64,000 nucleotides of DNA from Planctomycetota bacterium (GCA_045863855.1 BTVV01000001.1:32001-96000); one strand, 5' to 3'; numbered from the stretch's first letter, positions 1 through 9,862 are shown. Notes: generated by a model not told the origin, from the sequence alone. A program made the numbers and translations.

Positions 1-19
1 CCGCTGTCGCTTCGTTCAT
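1..19 (-). CDS. 5' end of a gene leaving the window (MNEATA...)
   Basis: Reverse strand reads GAAAGGAAGACC-ATG-AAC-GAA: RBS plus ATG; only 6 codons visible. Confidence 0.4.
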
Positions 20-244
20 GGTCTTCCTTTCGGACTCTCAGAATGAAACAGATCTATGGCTCAAGCCCGCTCAGGACGTCTCGACGAACCCGAATCTTAA
101 CCTACAAAGTCTTAGTTAACTCATTTACTTACAATGTTTTACAATTATTTCGCCAAGCCTTGATGCTGGGTCGGCCCTGCCTTTGCTCCCAAGCACAACG
201 TGGTTCACCAAGGATGGTGGCCGAACAGGATAAAGGATTAAGCC

Positions 245-682
245 ATGCCGCAAATCGAAAAAGCCAGCCGCCCGCAGCGTATTCTCGTAGTCGACGACGA
301 CCCGATGATCCGCATGCTTTTCCGCACGGTCTTCGAGAAGCAGGGCTACGAGGTCCGCTTGGCGGCGAGCGGCAGCCAGGCGCTGGCGGAGTTGCACGCG
401 CATCACTTCGATCTGCTCACGCTGGACATCCTGATGCCGGGCTTCAGCGGAGCGCAGGTGCAAGACTTGCTCTCGCGGATGCAGGGCTACGGACACCGCG
501 AAGCGTACGGTTCGCAGAAGCGCTTGCCGCCGATCCTGATCATCACCGGCGGACTGAACAACGTGCCCGGCGACATGCTTTACGCCGAAGGCGTCGTCGG
601 GGTGCTCGAGAAGCCGGTGGACATCAAAGCGCTGGTGGCCTTGGTGCGCGGGATCTTGGGCATGGCCAAGACCGCGGTGTGA
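245..682 (+). CDS. Single-domain response regulator receiver (CheY-like)
   Basis: ILVVDDD, DLLTLDILMP phospho-Asp region, IIT, LEKPV motifs. Confidence 0.92.
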   Translation: MPQIEKASRPQRILVVDDDPMIRMLFRTVFEKQGYEVRLAASGSQALAELHAHHFDLLTLDILMPGFSGAQVQDLLSRMQGYGHREAYGSQKRLPPILIITGGLNNVPGDMLYAEGVVGVLEKPVDIKALVALVRGILGMAKTAV

Positions 683-746
683 AAATTGGCAACTTCTATC
701 AGAGAGTGGTAAAATGCCTCCTATAGCCAACTAGAGGGGGCATACG

Positions 747-1775
747 ATGGCCAAGCTGCGTGTCGGTTTGATCGGTTGCGGCGGACGCGGGCGCGCGCAT
801 GCGCGCGGATACGCCGCGGCGCCGGACGTCGAACTGGCCGCCTGCGCCGACCTGTATCCCGAAACCGCGCAAAAAGCCGCCGCCGAATTCAAGATCCCCA
901 AGACTTACACCGACTACAAGGAAATGCTCGAGCGCGAACGCCTCGACGTGGTCAGCATCGCGCTGTGGACGGGCCTGCATCACGAAGCGGTCCTCGCCTG
1001 CGTGAACGCTTCCAAGCCGCCCAAGCTGATCAACGCCGAGAAGCCCATGGCGCCGACGTTGGGCGCCGCTCGGAGCATGCACGAAGCCTGCGCCAAGGCC
1101 GGCATCGCGCTGACCTTTTGCCATCAGCGCCGGCTCGGCTCGACTTTCGCGAAAGCGCGCGAGTTTGCGCAGTCCGGCGCCATCGGCAGCCTGCGCCGCA
1201 TGGAAGGGTACTGCCCCAACCTCTTCGACTGGGGTACGCACTGGTTCGACATGCTCTTCTATTACAACGCGCAGACGCCCGTGGCATGGGTGATGGGGCA
1301 GATCGACGTGGCCGCCGACAAGAAGGTCTTCGGCACGCCGGTCGAGACCAGCGGCCTCTCGCTCTTCCGCTTCGTCAACGGCGTCGAGGGGCTGCTCGTC
1401 ACGGGCAGCGAAGCCGGCGCCGAACCGACTGGGACGCGCATCTACGGCAGCGCCGGGATCGTCGAAGCACGCGAGCATTCGCTGCGCATCCTGCGCGAAG
1501 GCCGGAGCTGGGAAGACGTGGACTGCGGGGATCTCAAGGCCGAGGCCGCGAACCCCACCACGCGCTACGTGCGGGAGACGCTGGGCAGCTTGCGCGAGTC
1601 GCAGGAGTCGCTCTTCAGCAGCCGCCAGTCGCTGATGGCCACCGAACTGATCTTCGCGACCTACGAATCGGCCCGCCGCCGCGCGAAAGTGACGCTCCCG
1701 CTCGGCACCGACGACTCGGCGCTCCTCACGATGCTCGAAAAGGGCGAGATCGTGGCGCCGAAGGCGCCGGTTTGA
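747..1775 (+). CDS. Gfo/Idh/MocA family oxidoreductase
   Basis: RVGLIGCGGRG Rossmann start, EKPMA, DWGTHWFD. Confidence 0.92.
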   Translation: MAKLRVGLIGCGGRGRAHARGYAAAPDVELAACADLYPETAQKAAAEFKIPKTYTDYKEMLERERLDVVSIALWTGLHHEAVLACVNASKPPKLINAEKPMAPTLGAARSMHEACAKAGIALTFCHQRRLGSTFAKAREFAQSGAIGSLRRMEGYCPNLFDWGTHWFDMLFYYNAQTPVAWVMGQIDVAADKKVFGTPVETSGLSLFRFVNGVEGLLVTGSEAGAEPTGTRIYGSAGIVEAREHSLRILREGRSWEDVDCGDLKAEAANPTTRYVRETLGSLRESQESLFSSRQSLMATELIFATYESARRRAKVTLPLGTDDSALLTMLEKGEIVAPKAPV

Positions 1776-1816
1776 GGGCGGCGAAAGAAGTTCGCGCCCG
1801 CGCGTAAGACGCCCGT

Positions 1817-2683
1817 ATGCAGGACGCGACCGATCCCGGCGCCAACCGGCGCCTTTCCCGCCGCCGCTTCCTAAAATGGACCGCCGGCGGCGTGCTGGGC
1901 GCCGGGCTGCTCGGTGGCGGCTATACGCTGCTCGAAGCCGGCTGGATCGAACTCACGCGCCCCACACTGCCGCTGCCCAACCTGCCCGCTCCGTTCGAAG
2001 GGCTCACCGTCGCGTTCCTGGCCGATCTTCACCACGGCCCGTGGACGGGCCTCGAGTACATCCGCGAGATCGTGCGGCGCACGAACGCGCTGGCGCCCGA
2101 CGTCATTCTGCTGGGCGGCGATTACGTCCACCAAGACCGGCGCTACATCGTTCCGTGCGCGGCCGAACTCGCCGCGCTTTCCGCGCCGCTGGGCATCTAT
2201 GGCGTGCTGGGCAATCACGATCATTGGGAAGGCGCGGCCGAGACGCGGGATGCTCTTAAAGCCGCGGGCGTCTCGCTGCTCGATAACGACGGCGTCTGGC
2301 TCCAACGCGGCGGCGCGCGGATGCGTTTGGGCGGCGTGGGCGATCTGTGGGAGGACGTCCAAGATCTCGACGCGGCCTTGGGCGATGCCACCTCCGGCGA
2401 CGCGTGCCTGGTCCTGAGCCACCATCCCGACTTCACCGAGACGCTGGCCGATCCGCGCGTCGGTTTGCTCCTGAGCGGCCACACGCATGGCGGCCAGGCT
2501 TACATACCCTTTTACGGCGCGCCCTTACTGCCCAGCCGCTACGGACAAAAATACCGCGCCGGATTCGTCCAAGGCCCGACCGCGCCGGTCTACGTCACGC
2601 GCGGGTTGGGCACGATCACGCCCCCGCTGCGCTTCGCCTGCCGCCCCGAGCTGGCCCTCCTCACCCTCCGCGCGAACGCCTGA
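1817..2683 (+). CDS. Metallophosphoesterase (YkuE/YaeI-like) with twin-arginine signal
   Basis: SRRRFLK; DLH, GGD, GNHD, SHHP, GHTHGGQ calcineurin-like motifs. Confidence 0.92.
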   Translation: MQDATDPGANRRLSRRRFLKWTAGGVLGAGLLGGGYTLLEAGWIELTRPTLPLPNLPAPFEGLTVAFLADLHHGPWTGLEYIREIVRRTNALAPDVILLGGDYVHQDRRYIVPCAAELAALSAPLGIYGVLGNHDHWEGAAETRDALKAAGVSLLDNDGVWLQRGGARMRLGGVGDLWEDVQDLDAALGDATSGDACLVLSHHPDFTETLADPRVGLLLSGHTHGGQAYIPFYGAPLLPSRYGQKYRAGFVQGPTAPVYVTRGLGTITPPLRFACRPELALLTLRANA

Positions 2684-2728
2684 ACCCCGGAAACATTCAC
2701 GGCTGACGGCGCGCGTGCGTCTTATACA

Positions 2729-4876
2729 ATGATGCGCATGCGCCTCCTCGCCTGGACCGGGCTCCTCGCCGCGCTGCTGGCCGCGCCGCTCGCGCGAGCC
2801 GAAGCGGCGGGCGAGGTCGTGCCCGCCGAGGGCCCCGCCGACGGCCGGCCCCAGGCCCTCCCGTACCTGGACGGCAAGCCGCTCGTCGGGCGCTGGGCCT
2901 GCCTCAGCGGACTCAACTCGCGCCCGGGCAAGAGCCCCATCGAACGCTACGAATGGCGGCAACTCAAAGGCCCCCCGCTGCGCTTCTTCGACGAGCAGCA
3001 GGAAAGCCCGCGCGTCTGGACCTTTCTCGAACGCCCCGGCGAGTACCACCTGATCCTGCGCGCGCGCAACGCCCAGGGCTGGTGCCCGTTCGTGGCCCTG
3101 GAATTTACCGTCACGCAGGACACACGCCCCGATCCAAGCCCCGATCTGCTGATGCCCATGGGCCTTGGCGAAAAGATCGCGCTCAGCGGCGAAGGCTGGA
3201 AGCAAGTCTACGGCGAACCGATCGAACAGCGCCGCGCGCCCGACGGCAGCGAGACCGTCGTGCGCCTGGTCAAGCCGGGGCTGTACCTCTTCGAGGCGCT
3301 CCACGCCGGCGATCTGCCCATGCGCCGCGGCTATCTGCTCCCGCCCGACAAGGACGGCTTGCTCGGCGACCGCCGCCCGCTCGCCAAACTCCCCGCCATC
3401 CAGACCGTCTCCGTCGGCCAGAAGTTCACGCTCGACGGTTCGCTCAGCCTCGATCCGGACGGCGACGCGCTCACCGCGCGCTGGCTGATGCCCGAGACCG
3501 AAGGCATGGAACTGCTCCACGAGAAAGAGCTGGCCGCGACCTTTTTTCCGCGCAAGGCAGGCTACTTCCGCGTGCAGCTCGTCGTCAGCGACGGGAAGCT
3601 CGACGCGGTGGGCGAATGCTACGTGACGGTGCAGGACGCGCCCGAAGGCGAACCCGAACCCGGTCCCGCCGCGCCGGCGCCGGCCGCGCCCGACCCGTGG
3701 CCGCGCGACACGACGGTGGGGCTCTTCGAGGCCGATCTCGACCGCGCCGTGCAGCTCTTCCCCAGCCGCGCCGGCGTGACGCTGCGCGTGGCCTCCGAGT
3801 TTCTCCCGCCCGAAAAGCTGAACACCGTTCCGCTGCATCTGGCCATCCGCAACGGACCCACGCGGCTGCTGCTGGACTGGATCGCGCGCCAGACCGGAGC
3901 GCCGTACGTGCTCGAGACGCCCACCGCCGTCTGGCTCACCAAGATCGGGCATACCGTCAACCCCGATCCGGTCTCCAACGTCGTCTTCGCCGCCGACGCG
4001 CTCTACGACGACGGGCAGGAAGCCGAGTTTCTGAACCTGCTGCGCCTCTGCTGCCGCGGAGCGCTGGGCGGTGGGCCCGAGACGAGCCTCACGCTGGAAC
4101 CCAAGTCCAAACGCATCATCGCTTTTTTGCCCAAGTCGGTGGCCGAACGCCTGAAGGAAGTGCTGCTGCATATGCGTACGCCCAAAGGGCTGGGCCTGCT
4201 CCCGCCGCCGCCTTTCGACGACGAAGAACGCTGGCTGCGCGCGCAGCTTGGCCTGCGCACGGTCAGCCTCGATTGGGAAGGCCGCCGGCTGGATCTGGCG
4301 CTGCGCGACCTGGCCGAACGCTCCGGCTTCGCGGTGGGCTTCGATCCGCGGCAGTTCGACTGCCTCAAGTTCACGCCCGACTACTTCGCGCGCAAGCTCC
4401 CCAAGCTGACGCTCAAGCGCGCGAACGTTCCGCTGCGCCAAGCCGTGCGCGATCTGTGCGAAGCCGCCGGCTTCGACGGCTGCCAGCCCGAACGCGGCGG
4501 CGGATTGTGGTTCTACAAGGGCAAGCCCCCGTATCCGTCGGGAGCCAGCCTGCGCGCGACGGCGCGCGTCGGGAGCTACGATCTGTCCGGGCTGCTGCCG
4601 CACTTTCCGCTGCTCAGCGGCGAGGCGATCGCGCACGAAGTCCGCCAGCGCGTCTACCCGGACAGTTGGGCCGATCCCTTTGTTGCGTGCGTGTACCACA
4701 AGGCGACCGAGAAGCTGATCGTCATCCACGGCCCCGAAGCGCTTGGGGGGGTCCTGCGCGGGCTGTACGACCTCGCGCTGCGCGGCGTGAACGGGCTGGG
4801 CCAGGCGCCGGAAGATTACGCGCGAAGCGCACCACTCATGTCGACAAAATGCCAAAATACCGACACGAATGCTTGA
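2729..4876 (+). CDS. Secreted multidomain protein with PKD-like and secretin-N/STN-like segments
   Basis: Signal peptide; LDGSLSLDPDGDALTARW...LVVSDG PKD-like; VSLDWEGRRLDLALRDLAERSG STN-like. Confidence 0.6.
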   Translation: MMRMRLLAWTGLLAALLAAPLARAEAAGEVVPAEGPADGRPQALPYLDGKPLVGRWACLSGLNSRPGKSPIERYEWRQLKGPPLRFFDEQQESPRVWTFLERPGEYHLILRARNAQGWCPFVALEFTVTQDTRPDPSPDLLMPMGLGEKIALSGEGWKQVYGEPIEQRRAPDGSETVVRLVKPGLYLFEALHAGDLPMRRGYLLPPDKDGLLGDRRPLAKLPAIQTVSVGQKFTLDGSLSLDPDGDALTARWLMPETEGMELLHEKELAATFFPRKAGYFRVQLVVSDGKLDAVGECYVTVQDAPEGEPEPGPAAPAPAAPDPWPRDTTVGLFEADLDRAVQLFPSRAGVTLRVASEFLPPEKLNTVPLHLAIRNGPTRLLLDWIARQTGAPYVLETPTAVWLTKIGHTVNPDPVSNVVFAADALYDDGQEAEFLNLLRLCCRGALGGGPETSLTLEPKSKRIIAFLPKSVAERLKEVLLHMRTPKGLGLLPPPPFDDEERWLRAQLGLRTVSLDWEGRRLDLALRDLAERSGFAVGFDPRQFDCLKFTPDYFARKLPKLTLKRANVPLRQAVRDLCEAAGFDGCQPERGGGLWFYKGKPPYPSGASLRATARVGSYDLSGLLPHFPLLSGEAIAHEVRQRVYPDSWADPFVACVYHKATEKLIVIHGPEALGGVLRGLYDLALRGVNGLGQAPEDYARSAPLMSTKCQNTDTNA

Positions 4877-5203
4877 CGCGTCGATGCCATCGACGTATGC
4901 GCGCCTCCGTCCCAGGATAGGAGTCTTTTACCTTCGAGCTGCCCTAAAGAGCGGGCGGCTAGGTAGCCCAAGCTCAAGCCGCCTTTTGGCGACTACGAAA
5001 CGCCTCCAGGGCAACATCCCCGGCCTTACCAGGCGCCCCCTCAATCGGAAAATGGAGTAGATCGTATAACCATATACAACAAAAGCACTTATTGAATCAC
5101 ATGCCACGAACGTGAATAGCCGTCATTGTTATTAACGAAATCGCTCATTTGCGATATTATGGAGATCGCTTATTATCGTTTGAGCAAAGTGGAGATGTAA
5201 GGC

Positions 5204-6406
5204 TTGAATATCAAGGAGTTTACAGACGCGGCCGCGGGGCGCTGCATCCGCACGCCTCGAGACTACTGGGCCTATGTGCCCAACCCGCTGCCGCCCGAAT
5301 TAACGTGGGACGCACGATTGGCGCAAGGGCTCACGGATGCTTCGTTGGCCTTGGGCGAACTGTCGGGTGCGGGGCGACTGCTGCCCAATCCGCATCTGTT
5401 AATGGCCTCGTATATCAAGCGCGAAGCGGTGCTAAGTTCGAGAATCGAGAACACGCAAGCCGGACTGAGCGATCTGTTTTTTTTCGAAGCCGAAAACGAG
5501 GAATCGCCGGTTATCCCGGATGTGCAAGAAGTGGCTCAATACGTTAAGGCGATGAACTATGGCTTGGCCCGCTTGCGGGACTTGCCCATTTCCAGTCGAT
5601 TGATACGGGAAATTCATAACGTACTCATGAGCGGCGTGCGAGACGGGCATCTGACGCCCGGGGAGTTTCGCACCTCACAAAACTGGATTGGACCGCCGGG
5701 CTGCACGCTCAACGAAGCCACCTACGTTCCTCCGCCTGTCGACGAAATGAACGAAGCGTTGAGCGCTTGGGAACGGTACGTGAACGCGCAGGACGCGCGT
5801 GAGCCGAACCTGATTCAATGCGCGCTTATGCATTACCAGTTCGAAGCCATTCACCCTTTCCTCGACGGGAACGGACGCGTGGGCCGTCTGCTGATTACGT
5901 TCTTTCTCTGCGAAAGGTGCTGCCTGTCTAAGCCGCTTTTGTATCTATCCGCCTACTTCGAACAACACAGGGACGAATACTACAAGCGTTTGCTCGAAGT
6001 AAGTCGAAGCGGAGACTGGGGCGGCTGGCTCAACTTTTTCCTTCGCGGAATCACGACCCAAGCCAGGGATGCGTTGGAGAACGCGAACCGGATTCTGGAA
6101 TTGCATGCGTCCTATCGAGCGCAATTGAGCGGCAAGCGCGTGCCCCGGGCGGCAGGACTGCTGGTGGACCATCTGTTTCAGAATCCTGTACTCTCCCTGG
6201 CGAAAACCGCGAAGGAATTGGATCTGACCTTTCCCACGCTTAAGCGCGGGGTGGACGAACTTCAGAAGCAAGGCATTCTTAAAGAGATCACCGGCAAGAA
6301 GCGCAACAGGCTCTTTGTGGCTCACAAGCTGATGCGCTTGCTCTTGCCCCCCGGCGACCGGGCCGGCACATGGGGTTCACCCAGGCGCGAACGCGGCACC
6401 GTGTAG
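5204..6406 (+). CDS. Fic family protein (Fic_N, Fic, C-terminal HTH)
   Basis: HPFLDGNGRVGR Fic motif; EAVLSSRIEN; TTG start after GGAG; lower GC than neighbours. Confidence 0.93.
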   Translation: MNIKEFTDAAAGRCIRTPRDYWAYVPNPLPPELTWDARLAQGLTDASLALGELSGAGRLLPNPHLLMASYIKREAVLSSRIENTQAGLSDLFFFEAENEESPVIPDVQEVAQYVKAMNYGLARLRDLPISSRLIREIHNVLMSGVRDGHLTPGEFRTSQNWIGPPGCTLNEATYVPPPVDEMNEALSAWERYVNAQDAREPNLIQCALMHYQFEAIHPFLDGNGRVGRLLITFFLCERCCLSKPLLYLSAYFEQHRDEYYKRLLEVSRSGDWGGWLNFFLRGITTQARDALENANRILELHASYRAQLSGKRVPRAAGLLVDHLFQNPVLSLAKTAKELDLTFPTLKRGVDELQKQGILKEITGKKRNRLFVAHKLMRLLLPPGDRAGTWGSPRRERGTV

Positions 6407-6446
6407 CCCATTTAACTCCCTGTACCATAACCCCTTAACCTCCCCG

Positions 6447-6475
6447 TTGCACTTTGCCATCCCTTCCCGTAACAT
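6447..6475 (+). promoter_or_regulatory. Putative sigma70 promoter of ispH
   Basis: TTGCAC-17 nt-TAACAT, ending 42 nt before the ispH ATG. Confidence 0.45.
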
Positions 6476-6517
6476 GTGCGCGCCAGATAACCTGGACCCA
6501 AGGAGTCCGCTTTCACC

Positions 6518-7831
6518 ATGGCCGATTACCATCGCAAGTACTTCGGGCTCAAGAAGGAAGTCGCTCCGGTCCTGGAAGGCACCTACGCCTCGCGCCTCGT
6601 GGACCTGCTCCGGCTCAAAGGCTACGAAGTCGCCTTCGGCGGACTCACCGTCAAGCTGGCCAAGGAATTCGGCTTCTGCGTCGGCGTCGAACGCTCGATC
6701 CAGATGGCCTACGAAACGCGCCGCATGTTCCCGCATAAGCGCATCTTCATCACCGCCGAGATCATCCACAACGCGTACGTCAACAAACAGCTCGTCGAGA
6801 TGGGCTGCATCTTCCTCAACGGCCAGTACAAGAACGGGAACTTCGAGAACATCACCGCCGACGACGTCGTGATCCTGCCCGCCTTCGGCGCCAGCGTCGA
6901 AGAGATCGAAGAGATCAAGAAGAAGGGCGCCTTCATCGTCGACAGCACCTGCGGCGCGGTGGTCAGCGTCTGGAACAACGTTCACCGCTATGCGAAGGAC
7001 GATTTCACGAGCCTGATTCACGGCAAATACAGCCACGAAGAAACCATCGCCACCGCCAGCCGCGCCACCGGCAAAGCCGATGGCTACACCGGCATCGACG
7101 TCGGCAAGCAGGGCAAGTACCTCATCGTCCGCGACATGGACGAAGCGAAGTACGTCTGCGAATACATCATCCGCGGCGGGAACCGCGACGAGTTCCTCAA
7201 GAAATTCAAGCACGGCACCAGCGTCGGCTTCGATCCCGACCGCGATCTCGAACGCATCGGCGTCGCCAACCAGACCACGATGCTCAGCAGCGAAACGCTG
7301 GCCATCCAGGGCGCCGTGCGCGCGGCCTTCGTCCAGAAGTACGGCGAAGCCGAAACGCAGCAGCGCGTGCGCAGCGCCGATACGATCTGCAGCGCCACGC
7401 AGGACCGCCAGGACGCCATGGGCGAGATGCTCCAGCGCCGCCGCCCCGACGTGATGATCGTCATCGGCGGCTACAACAGCTCGAACACGGGGCACCTCGC
7501 CGAGATGGGCATCGAGAAGGGCGTGCCCACCTACCACATCGACGACGGCACCTGCCTGATGAGCAAGAATCAGATCCGCCATCAGCCCATCGGCGCGAAG
7601 GAGAACGTCGTCACCGAGAACTGGTGGCCGCGCAGCGCCGAACCGCTGATCGGGATCACCGCCGGCGCGAGCACGCCGAACAACAAGATCGGCGATGTCT
7701 TCGTGCGGCTCTTCGAACTCAACGGCGCGGACCTCGACGAGATGATGGCCAGCGTCGAAGGACTGCCCACGCCGGAGCTGACCGAAGAAGAGAAGCGCAA
7801 GCTCGAACGCATGAAGATTCTGCACCACTAG
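6518..7831 (+). CDS. ispH: 4-hydroxy-3-methylbut-2-enyl diphosphate reductase
   Basis: FGFCVGVERS, EIIHN, DSTC, ANQTT, DTICSATQDRQ, GGYNSSNT, GITAGASTP. Confidence 0.97.
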   Translation: MADYHRKYFGLKKEVAPVLEGTYASRLVDLLRLKGYEVAFGGLTVKLAKEFGFCVGVERSIQMAYETRRMFPHKRIFITAEIIHNAYVNKQLVEMGCIFLNGQYKNGNFENITADDVVILPAFGASVEEIEEIKKKGAFIVDSTCGAVVSVWNNVHRYAKDDFTSLIHGKYSHEETIATASRATGKADGYTGIDVGKQGKYLIVRDMDEAKYVCEYIIRGGNRDEFLKKFKHGTSVGFDPDRDLERIGVANQTTMLSSETLAIQGAVRAAFVQKYGEAETQQRVRSADTICSATQDRQDAMGEMLQRRRPDVMIVIGGYNSSNTGHLAEMGIEKGVPTYHIDDGTCLMSKNQIRHQPIGAKENVVTENWWPRSAEPLIGITAGASTPNNKIGDVFVRLFELNGADLDEMMASVEGLPTPELTEEEKRKLERMKILHH

Positions 7832-7939
7832 TAGGCGCGCAATTCGAATCAGAAAAGCGATTTATGGAGACCCCGCGAGTGGCGCCACCGCCGCCCGTGG
7901 GGTTTTTCGTTTGCCGGAAACTGGAAACGCGGTTTGAGG

Positions 7940-8027
<88 letters not shown>

Positions 8028-8217
8028 GGCATGAGCGGCCATTTTCGCCGGAGCGCGCGGCAGTTCAAGCGAGCGCCGCAAGCGCCGGCGGCCCTCCGGC
8101 GCAAAATCCAAAATAAACGCTATCGTAGACGACGGCCATCTCGGCTCCCCGCAAGCACTTCCAGGGGGAACGCCAGACGCGAGCGTCTAAGATATAACAA
8201 AATATGCACCGAAATTC

Positions 8218-8246
8218 TTGATTACGTGAACATTGCCGAGTACACT
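8218..8246 (+). promoter_or_regulatory. Putative sigma70 promoter at the head of the phage-like cluster
   Basis: TTGATT-17 nt-TACACT in an AT-rich intergenic region. Confidence 0.45.
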
Positions 8247-8339
8247 AACGTATACTGAATATGAGCGCTAGCACATAGGGAAGCGGTCCAGATCGTCACC
8301 GGGTCGTCCGGCGCTCCAACTCCAATGCAGGGGGGAACC

Positions 8340-8600
8340 ATGCCTACCGTCCATACCTGGGGAGCGTCACGCCCGGCGCCGCCGCACGCGGAACCGGCGG
8401 CGTTCCTGCGTACGCCCGAAGTCGCCAGAAAGCTTGGAATATCCACGAAACGTGTACGCCTGCTGCTGCGTCAAGGCAAGCTCCCCGGTGTCCGCGTGGG
8501 CTCCGTCTGGTACGTGCCCCGCGAAGCCCTCGACGCCTTCCTCCGCCACCTCGTCGCCCAAGCGCAACACAACGTCATCAACCGCTTACAAGAGAAATGA
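8340..8600 (+). CDS. Excisionase-like helix-turn-helix DNA-binding protein
   Basis: FLRTPEVARKLGISTKRVRLLLRQGKLPGVRVGSVWYVP fits the HTH_17/Xis pattern. Confidence 0.85.
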   Translation: MPTVHTWGASRPAPPHAEPAAFLRTPEVARKLGISTKRVRLLLRQGKLPGVRVGSVWYVPREALDAFLRHLVAQAQHNVINRLQEK

Positions 8601-8674
8601 AACGCAGCGCCTCCCGCGCCCTTCCGCGTCATCGCATCCCGGTTCATGACCGTCTTGCTGGCAAAGGAAATCAA

Positions 8675-8977
8675 ATGATTCAGCTCCATACGAAAATCGA
8701 AAAGAAACTTTCCGGGGAGATGCTCCCGGAACTCGCAGCCGAATTTCGGCGCATCGCGAAGTGCTTGTGCAAAAAAGACCGCGCGATGCAGGAGGACTTA
8801 ATTCAGGAAATGGCGCTGGCGGCGTTATGCGTTCGCGGGGCGCACTCGTGGGGATACTACGTGCGTTTGGGGAGGTGGCGGGCGCGGGATTATCTGCGGC
8901 GCTTCGGGGCGCCGGCGGGCGGGACGTACGAGGACATCGAGCGGGCGCGGGATTTGGCGGCGGAACGGGAAGACTAG
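8675..8977 (+). CDS. Small sigma70 region-2-like protein (no region 4)
   Basis: QEDLIQEMALA...WRARDYLRR; RBS AAGGA before ATG 8675 (alternative start 8597). Confidence 0.6.
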   Translation: MIQLHTKIEKKLSGEMLPELAAEFRRIAKCLCKKDRAMQEDLIQEMALAALCVRGAHSWGYYVRLGRWRARDYLRRFGAPAGGTYEDIERARDLAAERED

Positions 8978-9092
8978 GCCGCGGCGGGCGCTTATCACGG
9001 AGCCAGACGCGCCGCGCTCTCCGCGCGGCCGGGCTTCGGCGGCGGCTACGCGGCAGCAACTCTATTTTTCGAGCATTCCGGGGGGAAATTCT

Positions 9093-9356
9093 GTGCTGGA
9101 GTCGGATCCTATCGCGGCGGCGGAGCGGCTGGTGCGCATCGAAGCTCAGCTCGATGCCCTGGTCTTGCTCACTTCGCGTTTGCACGGCGAGATGAAGGAG
9201 CAGCTCGATCTGGAGCGCCGGCGCTTCGAGGCGCTGGATGCGCGGGCGGGGGCTCTGGAGCGCGAGGCCGAGCGGACGCGGACGCACCTGGCTTGGATGA
9301 AGGGCGTCTGGGCGGCGGTGCAGGCTCCGATTCTGGCCTGGCTGGGCCTGAAATAG
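9093..9356 (+). CDS. Small coiled-coil protein with C-terminal hydrophobic helix (XhlA/holin-associated-like)
   Basis: ERLVRIEAQLD coiled coil then WMKGVWAAVQAPILAWLGLK. Confidence 0.55.
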   Translation: MLESDPIAAAERLVRIEAQLDALVLLTSRLHGEMKEQLDLERRRFEALDARAGALEREAERTRTHLAWMKGVWAAVQAPILAWLGLK

Positions 9357-9486
9357 TTTCGCCGCGCGCCGGATCTTCCCGCGGCCCGCGGAGCGATGTC
9401 ACGCCGGCGGCTGGAGCGCGGCTCTCTCTCTTTTCGAATGGGCGCACCCTGTTCACGGTGGATTCTTTTTTCATAGGAGGCCTTTC

Positions 9487-9699
9487 ATGCGTGCATTTCT
9501 GGGCAAATTGGGCGGGCGGAAGTTCATTCTCGCGGTCTTCGGCGCGATCGCGGTGGGCTTGAACGGACTCTTGGGACTCGACGAGGCGAGCATCCTGGCG
9601 CTGGGCGGGATCGTCGCGACGTACTTGATGGGGCAGGGGATCGCCGACGGACTTTCGGGCGGCTTCACGTCGACGACGGAGGATGCGAAGGAGAAGTAG
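9487..9699 (+). CDS. Putative holin (2 TM helices)
   Basis: AGGAGG RBS; GRKF, two hydrophobic helices, GQGIAD, charged tail. Confidence 0.65.
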   Translation: MRAFLGKLGGRKFILAVFGAIAVGLNGLLGLDEASILALGGIVATYLMGQGIADGLSGGFTSTTEDAKEK

Positions 9700-9767
9700 G
9701 CGATTGGAGTGCGGACTGAAGAACAGAGCGCGGCATTGAGGTTGCGCTTCGCGCGGCTTGTCCTGTT

Positions 9768-9800
9768 CACCTCCCCTACCCCTCCTTGGCAAGGAGGGGA
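9768..9800. repeat. REP-like family A copy (CACCTCCCCT.C.CCTCCTTGGCAAGGAGGGGA)
   Basis: Palindromic core CCTCCTTG-G-CAAGGAGG; other copies at ~21439, 22692, 22772, 33245. Confidence 0.85.
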
Positions 9801-9862
9801 AACGGCCGAGCGCGCTTCGCGCGGTCTATCTGGCAAACGGTGTGGCGAGAGGGTCGGGCACG

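Noticed and set aside
8185..8212. dif-like site GTCTAAGATAT-AACAAA-ATATGCACCGA near the skew flip
   Set aside because: Only 7/11 and 6/11 matches to the E. coli arms; too weak to call
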